Of a stretch of 20,510 nucleotides of DNA, positions 8,686 through 18,331 are shown piece by piece. Numbering within the stretch: the stretch's first letter is position 1; the number at the start of each line of letters is the position of its first letter. Origin of the DNA: Candidatus Heimdallarchaeota archaeon (GTDB lineage: Archaea; Asgardarchaeota; Heimdallarchaeia; Heimdallarchaeales; Heimdallarchaeaceae). The translations under genes were made by a program, and so were the position numbers. The notes under the pieces are model-generated. The model made no database searches. It was not told the DNA's origin and worked only from the letters and a program-made list of their open reading frames with translations. The stretch covers positions 1 through 20,510 of the forward strand of contig DXJF01000071.1 of assembly GCA_019057375.1 (NCBI GenBank), read 5' to 3'.

Positions 8686-10434
8686 ATGTTCTTCTCCAGC
8701 AAAAAAAAGTTTGTTTTGAAATCTATTATATTCATAATACTTATTCTATCTATTCTGTCTTCTTTTATAATTTGTACACAATTTTCTTTTGAGGAACAAA
8801 AAAGTGATAGTGTACTAGCTCAAATGTCATTAACAGACTCTTCGATACTTGTAGTCCATGATCCAATAATTATTGATAGTGATTCAGATTTGGATACTTT
8901 AGGATTTCCTGGGGATGGAAGTATAGATAATCCGTACATCATAGAAAACTTTCGCATAGTTGTTGATGATTATTATTCCATCTCAATATCAAGCACATCA
9001 AAATATATTACTATTCGAAGTTGCTACACTGAATCAATAAATTCAGGTATAAGAATTGATGATACAGTAAGTTCAAACACAATTTTGATTGAAGATAATG
9101 AATGTAGAAATAGTGTTTATGGAATAAAGATTCGAACTTCATCTTCAATTATTCAAAATACTTGTATTAATAATACCTATGGCATTTCAATTAAAAGTTC
9201 ACCAACTTCGAAGGTTCATAATAATGAATGCTTAGATAATAGAGTAATGGGAATAACAATTTCTGATTCAGCAAATTCTGAAGTAAAAGGCAATATATGT
9301 TCAAATAGTCAAAGAGAAGATGGAATTCATATAGACAATTCTCCTAATACAAGAGTAGAAGATAATACTTGCAAGAATAATGGCTATAATGGAATTTGGA
9401 TACGCTATTCACACTCATCAATCATTTCCCACAACGAACTTACAAATAACGGATTAACGATTTACGAAAACAATAAGGGTGATTATTTGTCTTACTCTTT
9501 TGAAAGTAATAGTGTTAATGCTAAAATTCTAGGATATATCGAATCCCAAAGTGATATAATATTAGAAGAACCAATATATGGTCAAATATTTCTAATTGAT
9601 TGTGAAAATGTTGTAGTGAAAAATCAAGAGATTTACGATGCTAGTATTGGAATTAAGGTTTTATATTCAAAATCTATAACGATTCAAAAAAACATTTGCT
9701 TAGAAAATTCTTGGTATGCAGGAATACATATTGAACATTCTACTGAGTGTAAAGTAATGGATAATGAATGTTGGTTCAATGAAATGGCGGGTATTAGAAT
9801 CACATCATCAGAAAATACAACAATAGAAAATAATCTTGTTGTTTATAATAAGATTGGAATTTCTATTGATTATTCCTTATTTTCTTCAATTACAGATAAT
9901 CAATTACTCAATAATACTCTTTCAGGATTAAGTGCATATGAAATTGATTACTCTAATATTTGGAACAATACATGTTTCAGGAATGATAGAGGAATAGCTT
10001 TAGCTGCAACTGCAGATTGTGAAATTAAACACAATTTCTTTTCAAGCAACACTTTACATGGTTTGTTTTTAAGATACGGGACTTATAACAATACAGTACA
10101 TCATAACGCGTTTGTTGATAACAATATCAATGAACATTCTCAAGCTAAAGATGACGGGGAAGGTAACTTATGGTATGATGTGATTTCTGAAGAGGGAAAT
10201 TACTGGTCAAATATTGGACAAAATTATACTTATATGATAGAAGGATCAGCAAATTCCATAGATTCTTATCCATTAAGTGTATCACCAATATCAATTGAAC
10301 TACCAACTCTACCAATTCCTCCGTTTATAAATACTGAAAAGACGATTTTTCAATTCTATCCTATTTATGTAATAAGCTTATTGTTTGTCATATATATATT
10401 CTTGAAAAGAAAGAGATTTCAATACGTTGACTGA
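8686..10434 (+). CDS. Membrane-anchored right-handed beta-helix (NosD/CASH) surface protein
   Basis: 582 aa. N-terminal TM/signal, HDPIIIDSDSDL..LGFPGDGSIDNPYIIEN, many GIxIxxSxxxxIxNN coils, GNYWSN...IDSYPL, Pro-rich linker, C-terminal TM plus KRKR. Paralog of 3838-5001. Confidence 0.88.
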   Translation: MFFSSKKKFVLKSIIFIILILSILSSFIICTQFSFEEQKSDSVLAQMSLTDSSILVVHDPIIIDSDSDLDTLGFPGDGSIDNPYIIENFRIVVDDYYSISISSTSKYITIRSCYTESINSGIRIDDTVSSNTILIEDNECRNSVYGIKIRTSSSIIQNTCINNTYGISIKSSPTSKVHNNECLDNRVMGITISDSANSEVKGNICSNSQREDGIHIDNSPNTRVEDNTCKNNGYNGIWIRYSHSSIISHNELTNNGLTIYENNKGDYLSYSFESNSVNAKILGYIESQSDIILEEPIYGQIFLIDCENVVVKNQEIYDASIGIKVLYSKSITIQKNICLENSWYAGIHIEHSTECKVMDNECWFNEMAGIRITSSENTTIENNLVVYNKIGISIDYSLFSSITDNQLLNNTLSGLSAYEIDYSNIWNNTCFRNDRGIALAATADCEIKHNFFSSNTLHGLFLRYGTYNNTVHHNAFVDNNINEHSQAKDDGEGNLWYDVISEEGNYWSNIGQNYTYMIEGSANSIDSYPLSVSPISIELPTLPIPPFINTEKTIFQFYPIYVISLLFVIYIFLKRKRFQYVD

Positions 10435-10443
10435 CGATTTCTT

Positions 10444-10476
10444 TATCCTTGTCTTAAGGTCCCCTTCTTGGAGTTT
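10444..10476 (+). repeat. Dispersed direct repeat, copy 1
   Basis: TATCCTTGTCTTAAGGTCCCCTTCTTGGAGTTT; 27/33 identical to the copy at 16201. Lies between convergent stop codons. Confidence 0.75.
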
Positions 10477-10486
10477 AATAGCTTCT

Positions 10487-11500
10487 TTAGTGAACAATTC
10501 TTGTAAGTTTAGCTCCACATCTTGGACATGAATATGTTTTTGGAGGAATCTTACAATTACAATTCGGACAATACTTGATCTTCTGTTTATCTATGGTTGT
10601 ATCTATTCCTAGAGGTTCCAAAAAGATTCCTTTATCCTTTACCTTCCATGTGTATAAAAATGCACCTTCGACCTCTTCTACTACATTTTCCGGAAGAGTA
10701 ATTCTGTTTTGATTATCCATAACTAGCAATCTGGAACTATCTAAATCCATTAAGTTAACACCTAAACCATGTTCCCCTATAATGATTCCATCATTTATTT
10801 CCAAAGATCTCCCAGAATATTCGGCAACTATAGGATCATGAGAACAGACAAGATAAGACGTTCCCATATCATTTGATAAGTCTTTGAATAACTCAAGAAT
10901 CTGTGAAGAATTTTCTGCATCTAAGTTCCCTGTTGGTTCATCTGCCAATATTAACTGGGGTTCATTTGCTAAAGCTCTAGCAATTGCTACACGTTGTATT
11001 TCTCCACCTGATAGTCTATTAGGAGTATGATTTTTTCTATGACTAATGTCTAATCTTTTCATAAGTTCGTTAGATTTTTCTTTTCTCTTTGTTTGAGGAA
11101 CAGAATTAAGTTTCATTGGCATTTCTATGTTCTTTTCTGCTGATAGATGATTGATCAAATTATGTTCTTGGAAAACATACCCAATATTGTTTCTTCTGAA
11201 ATTATGCATTTCTTCCTCAGGAAGTTTTGATATATCGGTACCGTCAGAATAAATGATTTTACCCGCTGTTGGTTTCAACATTCCTCCAAGTGAAAGTAGA
11301 AGTGTAGATTTGCCTGAACCACTAGGTCCAACAATGCCTAGTATTTCACCTTTCTTTATATCAAAAGATACGCCTTTGAGAGCTACTACCTTATTCTGAA
11401 GTTTCAATCCATAAACATGATAAACGTCTATAATTTGGCTTGATAGATTTTCTGGTAAAGGTTGGGGTTCAGAGTTATTTGTTTTCATTTTGTTAGACAT
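10487..11500 (-). CDS. ABC transporter ATP-binding protein (LolD/MacB-type) with C-terminal AbrB-like segment and zinc ribbon
   Basis: Walker A GPSGSGKS, signature LSGGE, Walker B LILADE, H-loop CSHD. The extension LVMDNQNRITLPENVVEEV resembles AbrB/SpoVT, followed by CPNC-x9-CPRC. Confidence 0.88.
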   Translation of the reverse strand: MSNKMKTNNSEPQPLPENLSSQIIDVYHVYGLKLQNKVVALKGVSFDIKKGEILGIVGPSGSGKSTLLLSLGGMLKPTAGKIIYSDGTDISKLPEEEMHNFRRNNIGYVFQEHNLINHLSAEKNIEMPMKLNSVPQTKRKEKSNELMKRLDISHRKNHTPNRLSGGEIQRVAIARALANEPQLILADEPTGNLDAENSSQILELFKDLSNDMGTSYLVCSHDPIVAEYSGRSLEINDGIIIGEHGLGVNLMDLDSSRLLVMDNQNRITLPENVVEEVEGAFLYTWKVKDKGIFLEPLGIDTTIDKQKIKYCPNCNCKIPPKTYSCPRCGAKLTRIVH

Positions 11501-11508
11501 ATCATCAC

Positions 11509-14304
11509 CTATTGAGTTCTCATCTCCTCAACAACATTAATTCTAGAAGCGAAAATTGCAGGTATAAGAGCAGACAATATTATTACTATAAACGAAATGA
11601 CTACTGTTACAATAAGAGATGTAACTGGTATGTATAACAGTCTGTTAAATGTGGCTAAATCAAAAACATCAAAGAAACTATTGAACTGGTAAGCTGATAA
11701 GAATCCTATAACAAATCCAAATAATGTTGAGAATATTGCTAAAGACATAATTTCACATAAGACTAATTTGATTAACTGCTTCTTTGAAGTTCCTTCTGCA
11801 ATCAAAATTGCAAATTCCTTTCTTCTTTTGTTTATAATCATAAACATAAAAATGGATATCCCGATTATTATTGCTGAAATGGAAATAATATAATCAATAG
11901 ATAATAATCCTGGTATACCATAGAATCTACCTTGAGAATCTTCCACTTCCTTAAGTACGTCATCATAAGTATAAACTTCACTTATCCACTCAAATGAATT
12001 TAGCAGTTCTGTTTGTAAATTGTTAGAAGCAGGATCAATACCAGGTTTAAGATTGATAATCGCACGAATTAATCTAGTGTCATTCAAGAAATTAGTTAGT
12101 AAGAATTCAGTATCTGTTAAAACATTTAAATCATTCGAATATTGATCAACATTTTCTATTGCTGGTATATGATTGAAAAAAACCTCCGCAACGGCAGAAG
12201 CTGTTGGTAAATATGAACCTCTGCTAGCAAAGCTAAGTGTGGAATTTTGTGTTACCTCTATAAGTTCTTTAGTTTCCTCATTTACAGCAATTGTATTGGT
12301 AGGATTATCCTCTAGAGGAGATAAACCTTCTTTCCAGTTTTTATTACCAACAAGAGAATCCCTATGCCAATTAGCGTTTTCCTTATACAGTGAAATATTC
12401 GTACCATAACAATGAGCTGTACGATAATAACTTGAAGCTATTGAGAGTTTTAAATTTGCATAGTAGATAGGTACAATTGACTCTATCTGATCTTCAAAAC
12501 CTGTGAAATTAGTTTCGGATAGAACGAGTGAAGATGTATAAATTTCTACCTTCAGATCTCCTCCTACAATGAATTCAGCTTGTCTATTTAGTGCATTATC
12601 TCCAGTATATCCTTGAATCGCAGCTAATACACTTAAAGAAATAGATAAACAAAGAAGTACAGTTATCCGAGGATAATGCTGATTTCTTCTACTTAGACTT
12701 CCTTTAATTAACATTCCAATATCCTTGAAAAATCTTATAATGAATTTATCTAGAATTTCTGGGATTTTTGTTGCTACTCGACTTGCTATGAATGCAGCGC
12801 CAAACCACAGAAATATTGGAGATATAAATTGAATTAAAACTGTTGAAAAACCAAATGATGTCTCTGGATTAAATTCTTGGATGAGATTTAGAATAACACC
12901 TAATAAACCAATGATGAAAAATATAAAATCACCATATATTCGTTTGAAGAGATTAGGTTTCTTCTTCTCAATTGTACCGCCTTCAACAACTTCTTGAGAA
13001 ATGAAGGTTTTTGTTTTTATTGATGAAGTGATTAAAGATATCCCCATAGAAATTGAGATTGTACCTAGAATTGAAAGAGGAGTTAAACTTATTGTTCGAA
13101 AAGCTTCACCAAATGTAGAAAAATCTAAAGTCATAAAACGTGAAATAGATAGCACAAGTGAAGAGATTAAAGTTCCCAAAAAAATACCAATAAGTGAGGT
13201 AATTGATCCAATAATTATCACTTCAGTATAAATCACTTGCTTGACTTGTTTTGGACTTGCTCCTTGTGCTTTTAAAGAAGCAATTTCGTGTTTTCTCTCC
13301 TGCAAGGACAGTTCAGTTCCTGAAGTTGTGAGAATTAAAGAAAGAAATATTGCGGGGATATAGAGAATAGTATCGATAAGTTGCATTATAATAATTCTCA
13401 TCTGATTTTCTCCAAGCCAAGTAGAAACAATATTAATACCTAATATCTCTCCTCCATTTTGGATTTCAACTCTCTCTACTAAACTGTCAATCTTCCTATT
13501 TAATTCCTGTAATTCATTAACAGGTAAATTTGAATAATCCAATTTAGTAAAAAAACTATAGAGTTTGTATTCAGTTAATCTATCTATTAGTTCTGTGTCT
13601 AAATCCTCACTTGAAAATATTACAGCGCTATCATCAAAGAGAATTGATTGGAAGAATCCTGATACTGTAAGATTAATGAGAGAGTAATAGATTGAAGTGA
13701 AAGTGTAACCATCAGGGTGAATAAAAATTTGACCAATAGTCATATTGAAATTTAGTGTCTGATTAACTGAAATACCATATGTACGGGCAATCTTATCTGA
13801 TAATAAACAACCTCTATTATCAAAATTGAGATCACCTTGAATAATTTTAAGATCTTGAATTAACTCTCCTTCTTGATCAGTAGAATCAAATATATTTGCT
13901 TCAAAATTCTCTCCCCAGGGGAAATGTATGATATCTGTGGAATTATCTTCTAGCAAGTAAAAACCTGTTAAATAATATATTTTCCCTGAAAAATCCTGAC
14001 CATAGAAAATCGTTGTATCAATAAATTCTTCATTCTCCTCAATTGATTCTGCTAATTCTGTGGGTGATTTTGAAGTATTTATTGCTGCATTTGGATAAAA
14101 AATTACTTCAGCTTCAACATCATTTACAATATCTTGAACAGCAATAGTGTTTACTTGTGCTCCATAAAAGAAAATACTTGAGAAAATTGCCGCACCTAGA
14201 ATTATCCCTGCTCCTATCGATAAATTCCTTCTTTTATGGGAAATTATAGAATGAAATGCGTAACCAATATATGAAAAGGGGTTCCCTATTTTCATTTTTT
14301 TCAT
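11509..14304 (-). CDS. FtsX/MacB-family ABC permease with duplicated permease module
   Basis: 931 aa. Two FtsX-type segments (ERKHEIASLKAQGAS and KRRKEFAILIAEGTS), large extracellular domains, C-terminal PAIFASRINVVEEMR. Confidence 0.88.
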   Translation of the reverse strand: MKKMKIGNPFSYIGYAFHSIISHKRRNLSIGAGIILGAAIFSSIFFYGAQVNTIAVQDIVNDVEAEVIFYPNAAINTSKSPTELAESIEENEEFIDTTIFYGQDFSGKIYYLTGFYLLEDNSTDIIHFPWGENFEANIFDSTDQEGELIQDLKIIQGDLNFDNRGCLLSDKIARTYGISVNQTLNFNMTIGQIFIHPDGYTFTSIYYSLINLTVSGFFQSILFDDSAVIFSSEDLDTELIDRLTEYKLYSFFTKLDYSNLPVNELQELNRKIDSLVERVEIQNGGEILGINIVSTWLGENQMRIIIMQLIDTILYIPAIFLSLILTTSGTELSLQERKHEIASLKAQGASPKQVKQVIYTEVIIIGSITSLIGIFLGTLISSLVLSISRFMTLDFSTFGEAFRTISLTPLSILGTISISMGISLITSSIKTKTFISQEVVEGGTIEKKKPNLFKRIYGDFIFFIIGLLGVILNLIQEFNPETSFGFSTVLIQFISPIFLWFGAAFIASRVATKIPEILDKFIIRFFKDIGMLIKGSLSRRNQHYPRITVLLCLSISLSVLAAIQGYTGDNALNRQAEFIVGGDLKVEIYTSSLVLSETNFTGFEDQIESIVPIYYANLKLSIASSYYRTAHCYGTNISLYKENANWHRDSLVGNKNWKEGLSPLEDNPTNTIAVNEETKELIEVTQNSTLSFASRGSYLPTASAVAEVFFNHIPAIENVDQYSNDLNVLTDTEFLLTNFLNDTRLIRAIINLKPGIDPASNNLQTELLNSFEWISEVYTYDDVLKEVEDSQGRFYGIPGLLSIDYIISISAIIIGISIFMFMIINKRRKEFAILIAEGTSKKQLIKLVLCEIMSLAIFSTLFGFVIGFLSAYQFNSFFDVFDLATFNRLLYIPVTSLIVTVVISFIVIILSALIPAIFASRINVVEEMRTQ

Positions 14305-14305
14305 T

Positions 14306-15040
14306 TTATTTCCTCTTCTTAGATGTTCTTTCCCTTATCTCATTTGATTTCTCTTCTATTACTTTACCCTCTTGAAGTATATAGACTCTGTCTGTTTCTC
14401 TTGCTGCTCTATGATCATGAGTACAAATAATAACAGTGATATCCATATTATGACTGATATCCTTTAGAAGTTGAATGATTTTCATTCCAGTAACTGCATC
14501 TAAGTTTCCTGTAGGTTCATCAGCGTAGATAATATTGGGTTCATGAGCTAATGCTCGTGCAATTGCAACGCGTTGTTGTTCCCCCCCACTTAATTCTTCT
14601 GGAAGATGGTCTTTACGGGAATACAAATCAACAGCTTCTAAATATTGTAGTGCTTTTGTTTCAGCATCGCTATGAGAAACACCTCTAACTATCAAGGGAA
14701 GCTTGACATTCTCTAAAGCTGTTAAATAATCAATTAAAGCGAAACTCTGAAAGATGATAGCTGAATGAGATCTTCGAAAATTAAGCAGTTCAGAAGTTTT
14801 CAGTTTGTTTATATGAACTCCATCAATATTCACTTCTCCAGCTGTTAAAGACTCTAAAGATGATAGAATATTGACGAGAGTAGATTTTCCACTTCCTGAA
14901 GGCCCCATCACAGCAACGAATTCTCCTTGATCGATTTCCAGATTCAAGCCAGTGAGAACATGAACACTATTTCCATCAGGTAATTCGAAGTTTTTCACTA
15001 AATCTTTAGTTACAACTGCTGATTCCTTTCTATTTCTCAT
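14306..15040 (-). CDS. ABC transporter ATP-binding protein (LolD/MacB-type)
   Basis: 244 aa. GPSGSGKS, LSGGEQQRVAIARAL, IIYADEPTGNLD, CTHD. Stop codon is 1 nt from the permease start. Confidence 0.92.
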   Translation of the reverse strand: MRNRKESAVVTKDLVKNFELPDGNSVHVLTGLNLEIDQGEFVAVMGPSGSGKSTLVNILSSLESLTAGEVNIDGVHINKLKTSELLNFRRSHSAIIFQSFALIDYLTALENVKLPLIVRGVSHSDAETKALQYLEAVDLYSRKDHLPEELSGGEQQRVAIARALAHEPNIIYADEPTGNLDAVTGMKIIQLLKDISHNMDITVIICTHDHRAARETDRVYILQEGKVIEEKSNEIRERTSKKRK

Positions 15041-15129
15041 AGTCCATTGACTTTAGTGACAGACATTTATATTACTAGCTAAATCAATTACCTAGTTTGT
15101 ATTATAGGCGAAAAGCTGTCTCTTTCATT

Positions 15130-15188
15130 AAACTTGGCTTTAAGGTCTATTTCCTGGAAGTTCAAACTCTACAAAAACCTCTTCTTAT
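15130..15188 (+). repeat. Dispersed direct repeat, copy 2 (most diverged core, long 3' extension)
   Basis: AAACTTGGCTTTAAGGTCTATTTCCTGGAAGTTC-AAACTCTACAAAAACCTCTTCTTAT; 44/60 identical to 16201-16260 with one gap. Lies in a divergent intergenic region. Confidence 0.6.
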
Positions 15189-15284
15189 TCAAACTAGGAT
15201 AGACTTCTTATTTAGGCGAGATTCTTTTTTTCCCTAACTTTAATTCTAGAAAAGCTTAAAAATGTGATAATAAAGGATTAGATA

Positions 15285-16198
15285 ATGTTTAGAGAGATTC
15301 TTCAAAAAGTTGAAGAAAATGGTTTTAAGGGTTCTATTCTTCCTATTAGTCGACTTAAGGATATTGAACTAGAATTTAAAACAAACTTTGAACAAGGAAT
15401 ATTTGATGAAGAATTCTATCGGGAAAGGTTATCAGTCTTTAATTTTAATTTTAAGCAGTTCTTCCAAGAAGCCAAATCAATTATTATTGTTGCAGTTCCT
15501 GTTCCACAACATGAAGTAACATTTATCTTAGAAGGTAACAAAATTTCAACAATTCTTCCACCAACTTTTTTATTCTATGATCAAATTAGCATTCAAATTG
15601 AGGAATTGCTTAATTCACTTCTCAAACCAGACGGATTTCAAGTAGTGGAAGCATATTTACCCTTTAAGAGTTTAGCAGTACATAGTGGATTAGCAAAATA
15701 TGGAAGGAATAATATAACCTATATACCAGACATGGGGAGTTTTCACAAGTTATCTGCTTTTTATTCAGATGTTCCGAGTGAAGAAGATACTTGGAAAGAA
15801 TACGAATTAATGGAAATGTGTGAGAAATGTAAAGCATGTTTTAGAAACTGTCCAACTGGAGCAATATCAGCTGATCGATTTATCTTAAATGCTGAGAAGT
15901 GTTTAACATTCCTAAATGAAAAAACAAGTGAAGTTGCATTTCCTACTTGGTTAGATCATCAAAAAATAACTGCTTGGTGGGTTGTATGATTTGTCAGAAG
16001 GTTTGTCCATTAAATAGAGAACATAGGGATTGGATAGAACAAGGACTAGAATTTACTGAAGAAGAAACAAAACTGATTTTAGAGGATATACCATTTGAAG
16101 AACTTCCTTTTATTACTAAAACCAAACTTATAGAAAGTGAGTTAGCAGAATATATCAAGTCTCTTTCTCGAAACTTAAGAGCTTTAATTCAAAAATAG
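15285..16198 (+). pseudogene. QueG-like (epoxyqueuosine reductase / reductive dehalogenase-like) double Fe-S cluster protein, split by a frameshift
   Basis: ORF 15285-15989 has GLAKYGRNNI and CEKCKACFRNCP...CLT. Overlapping ORF 15947-16198 supplies CLVGCMICQKVCP. One extra base at ~15957 gives a continuous WLDPSKNNCLVGC. Either a real pseudogene or a sequence error. Confidence 0.75.
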
Positions 16199-16200
16199 TT

Positions 16201-16260
16201 TAACCTTGCTTGAAGGTCCTCTTCTTGGAGCTTCCAAACTCTTTGAATACTTCTTCTTAT
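16201..16260 (+). repeat. Dispersed direct repeat, copy 3
   Basis: TAACCTTGCTTGAAGGTCCTCTTCTTGGAGCTTCC(AAACTCTTTGAATACTTCTTCTTAT). Begins 2 nt after the QueG-like stop. The first 35 nt are 31/35 identical to 20161-20195. Confidence 0.8.
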
Positions 16261-16450
16261 CTGAATTCTGAAGCATCATTAACAAAGAAGAGGATATAAG
16301 AACATGGTTCATAGTATAGATGAATAAATCTCTTTGCACTATAGTGTAAAAAAACCAGCTGTTAAATAACAAATTTTTATGACGATACTAGGAAAAATGT
16401 TATGAAAGTTTTTACAAAAAAATTATAATTTAGGAATTCTATTCTATCTA

Positions 16451-16780
16451 ATGAGAAATCTATTAGAAAAAAACAAAGATGCAATCAAAGCTGAATTGAA
16501 AGCAATATGCCCAGATCATATAGATATACTACAGATAGATCCAAATAAACTACCGGAAGATTCTACTGAATATTCTGAAAAGACACCAGCCTGGGAAGAC
16601 ATTATTCAAGTTTTTCTTGTTGCAAAGGGAGTCTATGGAGTTACACTAGAACTTGCTAGAATCAAGGATGTTATACAGATTTATTTCCTGGAATTTACCA
16701 TAGATTATAGAATTATTTTTTCTGAAATGAAAGGGGATGATTGTTGGATAAGATTAGATATTGCTGTTGTAGAAAAATAG
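16451..16780 (+). CDS. Hypothetical protein
   Basis: 109 aa ATG-started ORF with natural, acidic composition. No family recognised. Confidence 0.6.
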   Translation: MRNLLEKNKDAIKAELKAICPDHIDILQIDPNKLPEDSTEYSEKTPAWEDIIQVFLVAKGVYGVTLELARIKDVIQIYFLEFTIDYRIIFSEMKGDDCWIRLDIAVVEK

Positions 16781-17090
16781 ACAGAGTCTTCTTTTTCTAT
16801 TACTATTATGTTCCTCTAAGATTTGCAATAAAGTTAGTCATGAAAGTAATTATATAAGGATGAGTAAAAAATTCCTATAAACCAATCTAAGAAATGAATG
16901 AACTATTAAAGAAACTATTTTTGGAGAGAGTAATCACTCTTTTGAGCGATTTGTAATTCCCAAATTATTCTATGGTGATTTGCTTCTCAAAAATTCAATT
17001 CATTAAGAAATTGATTTCAACAGTTATTAGGACAGCTTAATGTTTAAATAAAGCAATTACAAAATCCATGTTTCAATAAAGTATACTTTT

Positions 17091-17870
17091 CTAGATTTCG
17101 TTCCACCTTTGAAAAAAGAGATCTTTCATAGATTTCATGACTTCATTTATTTCCTTAATAATTGTATCTTTGTTTCCTAAGTCTTTTATACTACTTCCAA
17201 TTGTCCAACAATTTTCTTTAAAAATAATAAATCTATCATGTATTTTCTTGTTTATTTTCACTCTGACTTCAATAGCAGATTCTTTCTTCATTTTTTCTAT
17301 ATAATCATCAAATTTCTCCTTATTATAAATGTTCGCTGTTAGAATCTTCAAACTTTTTATTTTATCCTTTAGCACTATGAAAGGAAACAGAGTTTGCGTA
17401 GAAACATGGGAATCACACAATAAAATTTCCTCACACTCACATTGATTAATTAGGAAATCTTCAAAGAACTTGATAGCAGAAAAATTTTCTCCTGATTTAA
17501 AAATGTAAACTGGTCTTTTTCCAAATTGTCCAGTTATTTGATTTAACTTCTTTAATCCCTTACTCATGAATTTTAACTTTCCATTTTTCTCAAGAATGAA
17601 AGATTTCTTTTTTGCATCAAAAACATATTTTCTGAAATCATCTTCTTTTCTTCCCAGAGATTTAAACACATTTTTGCATTTATTATATTCAGCTCCAGAA
17701 ATACCAATATTATATTCTATCAGATGAATAGAAAGCAATAAAACATCCAAATTTGTTAAAGTATCATCAGCTATTATGTCATCATAATGTTTGTGAAATA
17801 AACCAGATATCTCTTTAGGAATATCAAAAGTCCCAATTTCCTCGTCTTCATCAGTGTTTTTGGATAACAT
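17091..17870 (-). CDS. Putative wHTH-like DNA-binding domain fused to a PLD-like nuclease domain
   Basis: 259 aa, AGAGG RBS. The C-terminal half has EEILLCDSHV, IHDRFII (H211, HxR variant of HxK) and GSSIKDLG, the pattern of single-domain PLD-superfamily HDR-type domains. The N-terminal helical part ends in a KNGKLKFMSKG wing-like hairpin (fold inferred). Confidence 0.65.
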   Translation of the reverse strand: MLSKNTDEDEEIGTFDIPKEISGLFHKHYDDIIADDTLTNLDVLLLSIHLIEYNIGISGAEYNKCKNVFKSLGRKEDDFRKYVFDAKKKSFILEKNGKLKFMSKGLKKLNQITGQFGKRPVYIFKSGENFSAIKFFEDFLINQCECEEILLCDSHVSTQTLFPFIVLKDKIKSLKILTANIYNKEKFDDYIEKMKKESAIEVRVKINKKIHDRFIIFKENCWTIGSSIKDLGNKDTIIKEINEVMKSMKDLFFQRWNEI

Positions 17871-17887
17871 TTTTAACCTCTATTTAA

Positions 17888-18307
17888 TCATTCAGAATTT
17901 ATTTTATCAAGAAATTCTTCAATTTTACTAGGATTGAATTGATATACACCATCATTTGGTTTAATAATGAAATTTCTATCAAATAATGTTGAAACATGAC
18001 CTCGAACACTTGATTCACTTAATTTTGTCATTTTATATAATTCCTTCAATGTAATTGATTCGCTGATATTACCTTCTAATCTGTTTGCAAGATATCTAGC
18101 TAAGATTATTAAAGCAATTGTATCAATCTTTTGAAGATTCTTATTTTCTATAATTACTCTACCTTCAGAAGTTATCTTGCAGTGTTTTAATATTTGCATT
18201 ACATATTGTTTTGTTTTGGTTGTATTATAGACAAAACTATCCACAATAAATTGCTGTTTTAAAGTTTCTAACTCTTCCATTTCGTTCTCCCGATTTTCAA
18301 GATTCAT
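17888..18307 (-). CDS. Winged-helix DNA-binding protein, paralog 3
   Basis: 139 aa, GGAG RBS. ITLKELYKMTKLSESSVRGHVSTL HTH followed by a DGVYQFNP wing. Aligns with the two upstream ORFs. Confidence 0.75.
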   Translation of the reverse strand: MNLENRENEMEELETLKQQFIVDSFVYNTTKTKQYVMQILKHCKITSEGRVIIENKNLQKIDTIALIILARYLANRLEGNISESITLKELYKMTKLSESSVRGHVSTLFDRNFIIKPNDGVYQFNPSKIEEFLDKINSE

Positions 18308-18331
18308 TTATTACATCTCCTTTAGGGTTTG

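Noticed and set aside
12173-13231. ORFs 12173-12409 and 13001-13231 (+)
   Set aside because: Antisense to the FtsX-type permease.
15957-15967. Programmed -1 frameshift at the A6 run in the QueG-like gene
   Set aside because: No X_XXY_YYZ heptamer in the correct frame, the run is short for polymerase slippage, and I see no downstream stimulatory structure. Mutation or sequence error is simpler.
16184-16372. 62-aa minus-strand ORF spanning repeat copy 3
   Set aside because: No RBS or motif, overlaps the QueG-like stop, and its frame is not maintained in the other repeat copies.
16682-16693. TATTTCCTGGAA identical to 15148-15159 of repeat copy 2, inside the 109-aa ORF
   Set aside because: Only 12 nt, and it lacks the conserved AAGGTC core; probably chance.
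16860-17006. Possible decayed gene (MSKKFL*TNLRNE*TIKETIFGESNHSFERFVIPKLFYGDLLLKNSIH*) after a TATA-like TTATATAA
   Set aside because: No recognisable family, multiple stops, and the TATA-like box is too close to that ATG. Cannot be distinguished from intergenic DNA.
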